Assembly (NCBI GenBank): GCA_963700145.1
Contig: OY969474.1
Span: 3,072,001-3,136,000 of the forward strand
DNA: 64,000 nucleotides
DNA from: an uncultured Acidobacteriota bacterium
GTDB taxonomy: Bacteria; Acidobacteriota; Thermoanaerobaculia; Multivoradales; UBA5704
Reading direction: 5' to 3'
The notes under the pieces were generated by a model. It searched no databases and was not told the DNA's origin. It was given only the letters and a program-made list of their open reading frames with translations. A program made the position numbers and the translations under genes. This document shows, in pieces, positions 9,621 through 21,476 of this stretch; the first letter of the stretch is position 1; each line of letters opens with the position of its first letter.

Positions 9621-10504
9621 ATGCCACCGCGCCGCCGCCGCAAGCACCCGCCGCTCGGCGCGCACCTCTCGGTCGCCGGCGGGCTGGTCAAGGCGTTCGC
9701 GCACGGCGCGGAGCTGGAGTGCGAGGCGGCGCAGATCTTCGTCAAGAACGCCAGCCGCTGGCAGGGGCGGGCGCTCGGCGACGAGGAGGCCGCCGCCTTC
9801 CGCGCCGCGCACGCGGCGAGCCGCGTCGGGCCGGTGGTGGCCCACGCCAGCTACCTGATCAACCTCGCGGCCACCGACCCGCTGGTGCTGGCGCGCTCGC
9901 GCGCCGCCCTCGCCGACGAGCTGCGGCGCTGCGCGCGGCTGGGGATCGGCGGGCTGGTGGTCCACCCCGGGGCGCACCTGGGATGCGGCGCCGAGGCGGG
10001 CGTGGCGCGGGTGGCGGCATCGCTCGACGCCGTGCTCGGGCCGCTGCTCGCGGAGCTGCCGGAGCTCGAGACGCGCGTCCTGCTCGAGAACACCGCCGGC
10101 CAGGGGAGCTGCCTCGGCTGCACGCTCGCGCGAGCTGGCGGCGATCCGCCGCGCCACGGCGCACCCCGAGCGCGTCGGCTTCTGCCTCGACACCTGCCAC
10201 GCCTTCGCGGCGGGGTACGCGGTGCACGAGGAGGAGGGCTACGGCGAGTTCGTCGCGGAGGTCGCGGAGACGCTCGGGCTCGCCGCGGTCGGCTGCTTCC
10301 ACTTGAACGACTCGGTGCGCCCCTTCGGCTCGCGGCGCGACCGCCACGCCCACATCGGCGAAGGCGAGATCGGCCTCGAGCCCTTCGCCCGCTTCCTCCA
10401 CGACCGCGCGGCTGCGCGAGATCCCGATGCTCCTCGAGACCGAGCCCGGCCTCGGCCTCGAAGGCCACCGCCGCGATCTGGAGAAGCTGCGCGGGCTGCT
10501 ATGA
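9621..10504 (+). CDS. nfo: endonuclease IV; two apparent frameshifts (~10130, ~10405), probably sequencing errors
   Basis: LGAHLSVAGG, HASYLINLA, HPG and LLENTAGQG, then CLDTCHAFAAGY, HLNDS, DRHAHIG and ETE in shifted frames. Stop TGA at 10502-10504. Confidence 0.88.
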
Positions 10505-10505
10505 C

Positions 10506-11207
10506 CTAGAACGGCCCGGCGGCGGCGTAGACGACCCAGACGCCGATGCCGACCGCACCCAGGCCGACCAGCGTCTCGAGCGTGTTGTGCGCGCCTCCGA
10601 GCAGGCCGGCCGTGTGCCGCAGCGGCAGCGAGATGGCCGCCGACAGCGCCGCCATGCCGAGGACGGCGCCGACGCTGAAGCAGGCGATGTAAAGCAGGCT
10701 CACGGCCGGCGAGCTGAGGGTCGAAGCGACCAGTAGGAGCAGCGCCGCCGAGCCGGCGAGGCCGTGCAGCATGCCGACGCCGACGGCGCGCCAGGGGAGG
10801 CGTTCGGCGTGAGCGTGCCGGTGGTGCTCGGGGTCGTGCGCCTCCTCGGCCGCGTGGCGGTGCGCGTGCAGATGGACGGTGCCGTCGTCGTGCCGGTGCA
10901 GGTGCACGTGCACGCGGCGCTGGATGACGCGGCGCAGCACGCCCCAGCCGAGCACGATCAGCATCACGCCGATCCCCGCCTCCAGCAGGCGGGCGGCCTG
11001 CTCCGGCACCGCCAGCCGGAACAGCAGGCAGACGCCGCCGACGGCGAGCAGCACGACGCCGTGGCCGGCCCCCCAGGCAGCCCCCTGCAGCACGGTGCGA
11101 CCGAGGCCCCGCTGGCGCGTCGCCAGCGCCGCCACCGCCGCCAGATGGTCGGCCTCCAGCGCGTGGCGCAGGCCGAGCAGGATGCCGAGGAGCAGGAAGG
11201 AGGTCAG
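10506..11207 (-). CDS. UreH/NicO-type nickel/cobalt permease-like membrane protein
   Basis: In-frame upstream extension gives GLRHALEADHLAAV. Also WGAGHG, a His-rich loop and GMLHGLAGSA. Likely CTG start at 11207 overlapping the upstream TGA. Confidence 0.8.
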   Translation of the reverse strand: MTSFLLLGILLGLRHALEADHLAAVAALATRQRGLGRTVLQGAAWGAGHGVVLLAVGGVCLLFRLAVPEQAARLLEAGIGVMLIVLGWGVLRRVIQRRVHVHLHRHDDGTVHLHAHRHAAEEAHDPEHHRHAHAERLPWRAVGVGMLHGLAGSAALLLLVASTLSSPAVSLLYIACFSVGAVLGMAALSAAISLPLRHTAGLLGGAHNTLETLVGLGAVGIGVWVVYAAAGPF

Positions 11208-11716
11208 TTCACCCAGCGATCGACCAGCCGGTTGATCACGCTCTTGGGGTAGCTCGCGGTCGGCGAAGGCTGGCTCTTGAGGAGCTTGACGACCTGGGGC
11301 AGCGCCTCGGCGACGGCGGGGGCCGGGTTGGCGTGCCAGAGGATGCGCTGGCGGCGGCTGACCAGGAAGAGCGCCGGAGGGGCTTGCTGGCCTTCCTCGG
11401 CGGCGACGCCGTAGGCGGCGGAGAAGTTGCGGTCGTCGTGGAGCAGCGGGAAGAGCAGCTTGCGCTCGGCCTGGAGAGCCTTGAGCGCGTCGAGCGGCAG
11501 CGGCGAGACGGCGAGCACCCGGCAGGTCAGCGGCGCCAGCTCGTCGAGGCCGCGGTTGAGCGCGTCGAGGTCGTTCCGCACCTGCTCGCTGCCGGCCTCG
11601 GCGAAGAAGTAGAGCACCTGCGTGGTGCGGATCACCTCGTCGCGCAGCATCAGCAGCACGCCCTCGGTCGAGCTGAGGTCGAAGTTGGGGGCTTCGTCGC
11701 CGGTCGACACCGCCAT
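11204..11716 (-). CDS. AhpC/TSA (BCP-like) redoxin-fold protein lacking the peroxidatic Cys
   Basis: GDEAPNFDL, VLYFF, VLAVS, FPLLHD and AYGV fold markers. PxxxTxxC is replaced by AEAGSEQV. Confidence 0.8.
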   Translation of the reverse strand: MAVSTGDEAPNFDLSSTEGVLLMLRDEVIRTTQVLYFFAEAGSEQVRNDLDALNRGLDELAPLTCRVLAVSPLPLDALKALQAERKLLFPLLHDDRNFSAAYGVAAEEGQQAPPALFLVSRRQRILWHANPAPAVAEALPQVVKLLKSQPSPTASYPKSVINRLVDRWVN

Positions 11717-11725
11717 GCCTGACTC

Positions 11726-13033
11726 CTAGGAGCCCGAGAACAGTCCCGGCAGCCGTTTGACGACGTCGAAATATAACACCGTGACCATCAGGATCAGGAT
11801 GAGCACGAAGCCCACCTGCGTGATCACCTCCTTGAGACGCAAGGAGAGGTCGCGGCGGATCACCGACTCGACGAACAGGATGGCGACCTGGCCGCCGTCG
11901 AGCACCGGGATCGGCATCAGGTTCAAGATCGCGATGCTCAGGCTGATGAAGCCCATCAGGTGGACGAGCTCGCGGAAGCCGCGCCGCGCCGCCTCGCCGG
12001 TGCGCGCCGCGATCTCGATCGGCCCAGAGAGCGCCCCCTTGGCCGAGAGCTCGCGGCGGAAGATCTTGCCCAGCACGCGGAAGGTCTCGCGGGTGAGCCG
12101 GAGGTTGTACTCGACGCTCTCGCCGAAGGCGCGCAGCGGCCCGTAGCGCTGGAAGTAGCCGAGCGAGATGCCGATCCTGCCGTCGGCGCGCGGCACCACC
12201 GGGATCGTCATCCGCCGCCCCGCGCGCTCGATCTCCAGCTCCAGCCGTTGGCCCGCCCGCTGCCGGACGTGGGCCACGAACTGCTCGCTGTTGGCGACCG
12301 GCACGCCGTCGATCCGGACCAGCTCGTCGTCGGGCCGCAGCCCCGCCTTCTCGGCCGGGCTCCCGGGCTCGACGCCGACGATCTCCGGCCGCACCACCGG
12401 GAAGAGGCCGGCGAAGTCGGCGCCGATCGCCTCGTTCGGGTCGCCTTTCGGGGTGACCACGGCGGTGAAGGTCCGCTCGGCGCGCTGCACCCGCAGCCGC
12501 ACCGGGCGGTCGGGCGAGTAGGCGAGCTCGCTCGCCACGTCGAGCCAGCTCTCGGCCCGCTTGCCGTTGACCGCCAGCACCCGGTCGCCGCTCTGGAGGC
12601 CGGCGCGGGCGCCCGAGGAGCCCGGCTCGACCACGCCAATGACCGGCGGCACGTCCGGCAGGTGCGGCACCTCGATCCCCACCATGAAGAGACCGGCGAA
12701 GAGGACGATCGCCAGGAGAACGTTCATCGTCGGGCCGGCCAGGTAGACCAGCACCCGCTGCCAGCGCGGCTTGCTCAGGAAGTCCCGCGGGTCGCCGCTC
12801 GTCTCGTCCGGGTTCTCGCCGCCGAGCTTCACGTACCCCCCGAGCGGGACGGCCGCGACCTTGTACTCGGTCTCGCCGCGGCGGAACCCCCAGATACGCT
12901 TGCCGAAGCCGAGCGAGAAGGCGAGGACGCGCACGCCGAAGGCCTTGGCCACGAGCAGGTGCCCCGCCTCGTGGACGAAAATGATCAGCCCCAGCGCGAC
13001 GACGAAGGACAGAACGTTGGTCAAGAGATCCAT
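11726..13033 (-). CDS. rseP: intramembrane zinc metalloprotease RseP with two PDZ domains
   Basis: HEAGH, PLGGYVK and NLMPIPVLDGG. Confidence 0.95.
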   Translation of the reverse strand: MDLLTNVLSFVVALGLIIFVHEAGHLLVAKAFGVRVLAFSLGFGKRIWGFRRGETEYKVAAVPLGGYVKLGGENPDETSGDPRDFLSKPRWQRVLVYLAGPTMNVLLAIVLFAGLFMVGIEVPHLPDVPPVIGVVEPGSSGARAGLQSGDRVLAVNGKRAESWLDVASELAYSPDRPVRLRVQRAERTFTAVVTPKGDPNEAIGADFAGLFPVVRPEIVGVEPGSPAEKAGLRPDDELVRIDGVPVANSEQFVAHVRQRAGQRLELEIERAGRRMTIPVVPRADGRIGISLGYFQRYGPLRAFGESVEYNLRLTRETFRVLGKIFRRELSAKGALSGPIEIAARTGEAARRGFRELVHLMGFISLSIAILNLMPIPVLDGGQVAILFVESVIRRDLSLRLKEVITQVGFVLILILMVTVLYFDVVKRLPGLFSGS

Positions 13034-13096
13034 GGCGTGTACCCCAACCCCGCCCCGCGGGCGGGCATTCCCCCGCGCCTCAGGGGCGCGCGCGGG

Positions 13097-13928
13097 TCAA
13101 ACCGTGCCGGTTCCCAGGAGCCAGGCCCCGAGCAGCAGCACCGGAGCGGCGAAGAGCATGGCGTCCATCCGGTCGAGCATGCCGCCGTGACCCGGCAGCA
13201 GGCGCCCGGAGTCCTTGACCCCGGCGCCGCGCTTGATCATCGATTCCACCAGGTCTCCGACCTGCGCCGCCACCCCGGTCATCGCGGCGAGCGCCAGGAT
13301 CCCCGGCCGCAGCGCGCCGTGCCGCGCCACGCTCCAGACGGCGCCGGCGACGAGCGCCACGGCGAGCCCCACCACCGCCCCCTCCCAGGTCTTCTTCGGC
13401 GAGACCACCGGCGCCATGTGGTGGCGGCCGAAGCGCGAGCCGAAGTAGAAGGCCGCGGTGTCCCCCAGCCAGACGATGGAAAGCAGGAGGAAGAGCAGCC
13501 AGGGATCGAGCTGCTGCAGGCGGTGGAGGCTGGCGATCGGCAGCGCGAAGTAGGGGATGCCGAAGCCGATGACGCCGATCGCGAAGACGGTCTCCTCGAG
13601 CGGCGTGCGCGACAGCAGCAAGAGGCTGCCGACGCCGACCGAGAGGAGGAGGCCGCCGAGCAGGAGCTGCACCGGCGGATGCCCCAACGGCCCCGGCTCC
13701 CGCGCCTCGGAGAAGGCCGCGGCGAGCCCCGCCGCGGCGATCGGCACGAACACCAGCAGGGCGCGCAACGGCGCGTGCGGCGCGCGCGGCCGGACGATCG
13801 CCACGTACTCGGCCGACCGCCGCCTCGATCAGCAGCGCCATGATGGCGAAGAACCACACCCCGGGCAGGAAGAAGACCGCGGCGAGGGTCAGTGGGGCGC
13901 CCACCGCGGCGGTGACCAGGCGCTGCAT
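13097..13928 (-). CDS. cdsA: phosphatidate cytidylyltransferase; frameshift at ~13815, probably an error
   Basis: MQRLVTAAVG N-terminus in one frame. DTAAFYFG, SPKKTWEG, GDLVESMIKR and GHGGMLDRMD in another. Confidence 0.9.
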
Positions 13929-13937
13929 GCGGGGCGG

Positions 13938-14747
13938 CTATCCGGAGCGGCGGCCGGCGCCGGGGGCGAAGAGGTCCTCTTCCGGCTTGACGCCGCCGTA
14001 GCGGCGGTCGCGGCGCTGGAAGTCGAGGACCGCTTCGAAGAGGTCGCGGCGCCGGAACTCCGGCCAGAGGGTGTTGGTGACCCAGATCTCGGTGTAGGCG
14101 ATCTGCCAGAGGAGGAAGTTGGAGACCCGCAGCTCGCCCGAGGTGCGGACCAGGAGGTCGGGGTCGGGCTGGCCGGAGGTGTAGAGGTAGCGGTCGAGGG
14201 TCTCCTCGTCGATGTCGGCGCGCTTGCCGGCGGCCCAGTCGGCGACGATCTTGCGGCAGGCGTCGACGATCTCGCAGCGGCCGGAGTAGTTGAGGGCGAT
14301 GTTGAAGTGCATGCCCCGGCAGTCGCGGGTGGCTTCGAGGGCGCGGTCGAGCTCGCGCACGACGGTGGTGTCGAGGTCGCGCCAGCGGCCGAGGACGTGG
14401 AAGCGGATGTCGTTTTCGACCAGGGTCTCGGTCTCTTTCCGCACGTACTCTTTGAGCAGGTTCATCAGGGTCCAGACTTCGAAGCGCGGGCGCTTCTGGT
14501 TCTCGACGGAGAAGGCGTAGAGGGTGAGGACTTCGAGGCCGAGCTGGGCGGCGGCTTCGACGGTGTCGCGCACGGATTCGACTCCGGCGCGGTGGCCTTC
14601 GACGCGCGGCAGGTTGCGCGAGCGGGCCCAGCGGCCGTTGCCGTCCATGATGATGGCGACGTGGCGCGGCAGGCGGGCGAGGTCTAGGCGCCGGACCAGC
14701 AGTTCTTCGGGGGTGCCGGGCTCGGCGAGTTTCGAGTGATCGGCCAT
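13938..14747 (-). CDS. uppS: undecaprenyl diphosphate synthase
   Basis: HVAIIMDGNGRWA, YAFSVEN and DLLVRTSGELRVSNFLLWQ. Confidence 0.96.
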   Translation of the reverse strand: MADHSKLAEPGTPEELLVRRLDLARLPRHVAIIMDGNGRWARSRNLPRVEGHRAGVESVRDTVEAAAQLGLEVLTLYAFSVENQKRPRFEVWTLMNLLKEYVRKETETLVENDIRFHVLGRWRDLDTTVVRELDRALEATRDCRGMHFNIALNYSGRCEIVDACRKIVADWAAGKRADIDEETLDRYLYTSGQPDPDLLVRTSGELRVSNFLLWQIAYTEIWVTNTLWPEFRRRDLFEAVLDFQRRDRRYGGVKPEEDLFAPGAGRRSG

Positions 14748-14771
14748 CGGCGACGGGGGCGGCCTACGGTA

Positions 14772-15571
<800 letters not shown>

Positions 15572-15575
<4 letters not shown>

Positions 15576-16913
15576 CGCGCCTCCCAGCGGCCGCGCCCGA
15601 GCGCCAGGAGGAGGAGGAAGAACGGCCCCCAGATCGCCAGCCAGAGCCAGGGGAAGAGCGGCACACCGGCGGTCTGGGCGAGGTAGGAGAGCGGCAGCAG
15701 CGCCGCGAGCGCCAGCCACGCCGGGTGGCGGGCGAGCGCGGCCCAGGGGAGGACCCAGAGGAGGTACCAGGGGTAGACCGTGGCGGAGAGCAGCAGGGCG
15801 CGCCCGAAGAGCCGGCCGGTGCCGGCGACGAGGTCGCGCTCGCGCCGGGAGGCGGCGATCGCGGCGAGGAGCCCCACCCCGAGGATCGCCTTGGCCATGA
15901 GCTGCGGGGTAGACGTAGGGGTAGACCCGCTCGAAGAGGTACCAGCGCTCGCTCCGCCGCTCGATCCATTCGAGCAGCGCCTTCGTGCGCGGCGCCGCGT
16001 CGACCGCGTCGAGCAGGCGCCAGAGCGGCTCGAAGAGCGGCCCGTCGAACTCCCACGTCCGGCCGTAGACGAGGAGGCCCGGCGGCACGCCGCCGGTCGC
16101 CGCCACGACGGGCCCGCAGGCCAGGACGAGGAGCGCGAGCGCCGTCCCCCAGAACCGCCGGCGCGACGCGCCGGCCGGGTACGCCCGCCCCCAGAGCGGC
16201 AGCGCGACGAGCGGCACCAGCTTGGTCAGGGCGCCGGCGGCGGCGCAGGCGGCCGCGGCAACGGGCGAGCGCCGCCTCGTAAGGAGCAGCACGGCGCCCA
16301 GGCACGCCGCCACGCCGAGCGCGTCGACGTGCCCCATCCCCGCGGTCTCCAGCGCCACCAGCGGGTTCCAGGCGTACCAGACCGTGCGTCCCGCCGGCAC
16401 CCCCAGCCGCCGCGCCAACGCCAGCAGCAGGGCGCAGGCGGCGAGGTCGCCGGCCACCGCCAGCGCCTTCCACAGCGGCAGGGGCCACGGGGTCCTAGCG
16501 GCTATACTGAATGCCGCGACGGCGAGCGGCGGATAGACCGTCGGCACCTGGCGATGCGGGAGAGCGCGCCAGAGCTCGTCGCGCAGAGGGGCGAGCTCGG
16601 CGGCCGCCGGGGGGAGCGCGTAGGGATTGCGGCCGGCCGCGGCCACCCTCCCGTCCCACAGGTAGCGCAGCACGTCGTCGGACAGCGTCGGAGCGAGCGG
16701 GAGCAGGGGGAGCCGTAGCAGCAGCGCCCCGGCGAGGACGGCTGCGCGCACCGAGCCGGAGTCCACCTCCAGGCGGCCGGCGGCACTCCACAAGGCGAGA
16801 CAGCCCAGCGCCAACAGCGCCAGGGCGGAGGGCAGATGGTCGGAGAGCGGATCGAGAGCGAGCAGGCCGAGCGCCACCGCGAGGAGCGGCAGCGCGTGGA
16901 CGAGCGGCCGCAG
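15572..16913 (-). CDS. multi-pass GT-C fold (GT87/DUF2029-like) glycosyltransferase; frameshift at ~15900
   Basis: LSDDVLRYLWDG, TVYPP, YAWNPL..LE..GMGHVD, then TVYPWYLLW in the 15572..15898 frame. Start approximate. Confidence 0.8.
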
Positions 16914-16948
16914 GCCCGGCGCAGAGCCGCCCTCCGGAGAGCTGGAGG

Positions 16949-18476
<1,528 letters not shown>

Positions 18477-18569
18477 CGCCGAGCGACGGCTCCGCCACAG
18501 GTTTACGAGTCGCGCGGCGCCGAGCGTCTGCGCCAAGCGCTCGCCGCACGGCGTGCGTAGACCTGCGCG

Positions 18570-20074
18570 ATGGTGCGGCCTCGTTACGTCGTCGCGGTGC
18601 TCGCGTTCGTCCTGCCGATCGCGGGCGCCGCGCAGTGCAGCGAGCGGCCGGGGCCGCCGAACCTCGTGCTCCTGGTGCTCGACGACCTCGACGTGGCGAT
18701 GGGGAGCCTCGGCGCGATGGCCTCGGCGCGCCGCCTGGCGGCCGAAGGGACGAGCTTCACCCACTACTTCGCCTCGACGCCGATCTGCTGTCCGTCGCGC
18801 GCCACGATGCTGCTCGGGCAGTTCGCCCACGACCACGGCGTCATGACCGCCGCGCCGCCGCTCGGCGGCTTCCCGCGCGTCTTCGCCTCCAACCTCGAGG
18901 CCGACGCCCTGCCGGTCGCCCTGCAGGAGGCCGGCTACCGCACGGCGCTTCTCGGGAAGTACTTCATCGGCTACCCGGGCGACGCCGGCGACGACTACGT
19001 CCCGCCCGGCTGGGACGACTGGCTGAGCCCGCTCCGGCTCTTCACCTACTTCGGCGACCTCCTCAACGACAACGGGCGCACGGTGTACCGCGGGCACACG
19101 CCGAAGGACTACTCGACGGACGTCCTGGCCGAGCGGGCGCTCGAGTTCGTGCGCGCCGCCGAGCGCGACGACCGCCCGTTCTTCCTGCTGCTGGCGCCGC
19201 TCGCGCCGCACCGGCCCACCGTCCCCGCGCCCCGCCACCGCGACACCTTCCCGAACGCCCGCCTCCCCCGCGTCCCCTCGTTCGACGAGCGCGACGTCTC
19301 CGACAAGCCGGCGTACCTGCGGGCGCTGCCGCGGCTCTCCCGGTCCGAGATCGAGGCCTACGACGGGATCTACCGCGGGCGCCTGCAGACGCTGCCGGCG
19401 GTCGACGACCTGGTGCGGCGGCTGCTCGACACCCTCGCCCGGCTCGACCTGGCCGGACGGACCTACGTCTTCCTCACCTCCGACAACGGCTTCCACCTCG
19501 GGCACCACCGGCTGCGGGCCGGGAAGGCGAGCCCCTATGAAGAGGACGTGCGCCTGCCGCTCCTCGTCACCGGCCCCGGGGTGCCGCGCGGCCGGCGCCT
19601 CGCCCACCTCGCCCTCGGCGTGGACCTGGCGCCGACCCTCGCCCAGCTCGCGGGCGCGCGGCTGGCGCGCCCGGCCGACGGGCGCTCGCTCGTCCCGCTC
19701 CTCGCGCTCCGACGTCTCGCCGCCCGCGGCTTTCCGCCGCGTCGGCCTGCTGGAGCTGCCGGCGGTGGAGCCGGAGGCGGCGCCGGCGGCGGCGGCCGTC
19801 GCGGACGCGGACGGGACGCTCGTTCAAGCGCGCCTCGGGGCCGCCGCAGGGCTTCGCCGGCCTGCGCACCCACCGCCTCAAGTACGTCGAGCACCGCTCG
19901 GGCGAGCGGCGAGCTCTACGACCTCGCGCACGGACCCCTACGAGCTGCGCAACCTCGCCGCCGCCGTGCCGCCGGAGACGCTCGCCCGACTGGCCGGCGT
20001 CCTGCGCGCCCTGGCGACTTGCCGGGGGGCAGGTTGTCGCCAAGCCGACCGCGCCGCGATCCGCTGGCCGGTGA
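18570..20074 (+). CDS. exported sulfatase (N-acetylglucosamine-6-sulfatase-like); frameshifts after ~19720
   Basis: Signal peptide, PNLVLLVLDD, CCPSRATML (formylglycine motif), SDNGFHLG and DPYELRNL. End approximate. Confidence 0.85.
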
Positions 20075-20096
20075 GCCGCGGGCTAAACTACCGGCC

Positions 20097-20641
20097 ATGG
20101 CGATCGCCGAGCGCCGTGCGGACCTGGAGATCACCCTGCGGCCGGCCGCCCCGCGCGACGCCGAGCTCCTCCGCCTCTGGCGCTCCGAGCCCTCGGTGCG
20201 CCGCCACCAGCCGCTCAACGACCTGCCGGTGTCGCAGCTCCGCGCCGACGTCGCCAGCCAGCGCATCGCCGACCTCTACCGCGGCCGCGGCGAGAAGTTC
20301 CAGTGGATCGTCCGGTCGCGACGGCCAGCCGGCGGGGTGGATCACCCTGGTGGTGAGCAACTGGGAGCACGGCCTGGCCGAGGTCGGCTACGCCCTCTCG
20401 ACCCCCTTCCAGCGCCGCGGGCTGATGAGCGAGGCGCTGCGCCATCCTCCTCGAGGACCTCTTCGCCAACACCACGCTCGAGCGGATCGAGGCGCGCTGC
20501 GCGGTCGAGAACGTCGGCTCGCAGCGGGTGCTCGAGAAGAACGACTTCCGCCGCGAGAGGCCGCTGCTCGGCTACTTCAAGCTGCGCGGCCGCCGGGTCG
20601 ACAACTACCTCTACGGCCGGCTGCGCGAGCCCGCCGGCTGA
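20097..20641 (+). CDS. RimJ/RimL-type GNAT acetyltransferase (frameshifted)
   Basis: ITLRPA, AEVGYALSTPFQRRGLMSEAL and NVGSQRVLEK across frames. Confidence 0.8.
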
Positions 20642-20650
20642 CGGCCCGTC

Positions 20651-21445
20651 CTACTCGTCGCCTTCGCCGTCCGACTCGACGAACGGGCGGACGTCGAGCT
20701 TCACCTGGTGCTCGGCCGCGACGAACCCGGCCGGCGAGGCGCCCCGGAAGTAGTGCCGCTGCCAGCCGGCGCGGTGGGCCGCCGAGCCCGGGTGGGCGAG
20801 GTCCTGGTTGAAGCGTCGGCGGTCCTCGCTCCACGCCTTGTGCGCGCGAGCCAGCTCCGGCGCGCTCGCCAGCGGGCGGACCTCCGGGTCGAAGCGCTCG
20901 ACCTCGTACCGCGCCTGCGGCGCGATCATCGCGATCGGCTGCCCCTTGGGGAAGTCGACCCAGGCGCCGGGCCGCGTCAGCAGCCAGTTCATGGTGAAGC
21001 TCGCCACCGCCCAGTCGGCCTCGACGATCCCGTCGAGCGGGAACGCCCCGTCGACCGGCAGGTTGGCCGGCCCGCGCACCAGCAGGTTGTAGCCGGGCGG
21101 CGTGCGGAAGAGGAACGGGACGTGCCAGGTGAGGACGCCGCAGCCGAAGTGGCTCACCGCGACCGGCGGCGGCGCGGGCGGGTCCTGCTCGACGACGAGA
21201 TCCTCGCAGCGCGCGCCCCCGTTCCAGCAGGCGCGCACCGCGACGTCCTGGACGACGAGCCACCCGGCCTGATTCGCCACCACCAGCGGCAGGCAGCGGT
21301 AAGCGAACCGCCGCGAGCTGGCGTCCATCCAGTCGCGCGTCGCCGGCGCCGGCACGAGGCGCAGCGGCAGGTCGGAGACCCGGTAGGCGACGAGAGGGAG
21401 CCGCTCAGTCTCGCCGCCGCCGTGGGCCAGCTCTTCGCGCTTCAC
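20651..21445 (-). CDS. DUF6065-family protein
   Basis: RDWMD, FAYRCLPLVVANQAGW, SHFG.GVLT, GPAN, FTMNW and WQRHYFRG. Confidence 0.75.
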   Translation of the reverse strand: MKREELAHGGGETERLPLVAYRVSDLPLRLVPAPATRDWMDASSRRFAYRCLPLVVANQAGWLVVQDVAVRACWNGGARCEDLVVEQDPPAPPPVAVSHFGCGVLTWHVPFLFRTPPGYNLLVRGPANLPVDGAFPLDGIVEADWAVASFTMNWLLTRPGAWVDFPKGQPIAMIAPQARYEVERFDPEVRPLASAPELARAHKAWSEDRRRFNQDLAHPGSAAHRAGWQRHYFRGASPAGFVAAEHQVKLDVRPFVESDGEGDE

Positions 21446-21476
21446 TTCGAATCACGAGCTGCAAAAGGTGGACCGC

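Noticed and set aside
18570-20753. Apparent 727-aa sulfatase-GNAT fusion
   Set aside because: Joined by frameshifts. GNAT has its own -10 element and ATG at 20097.
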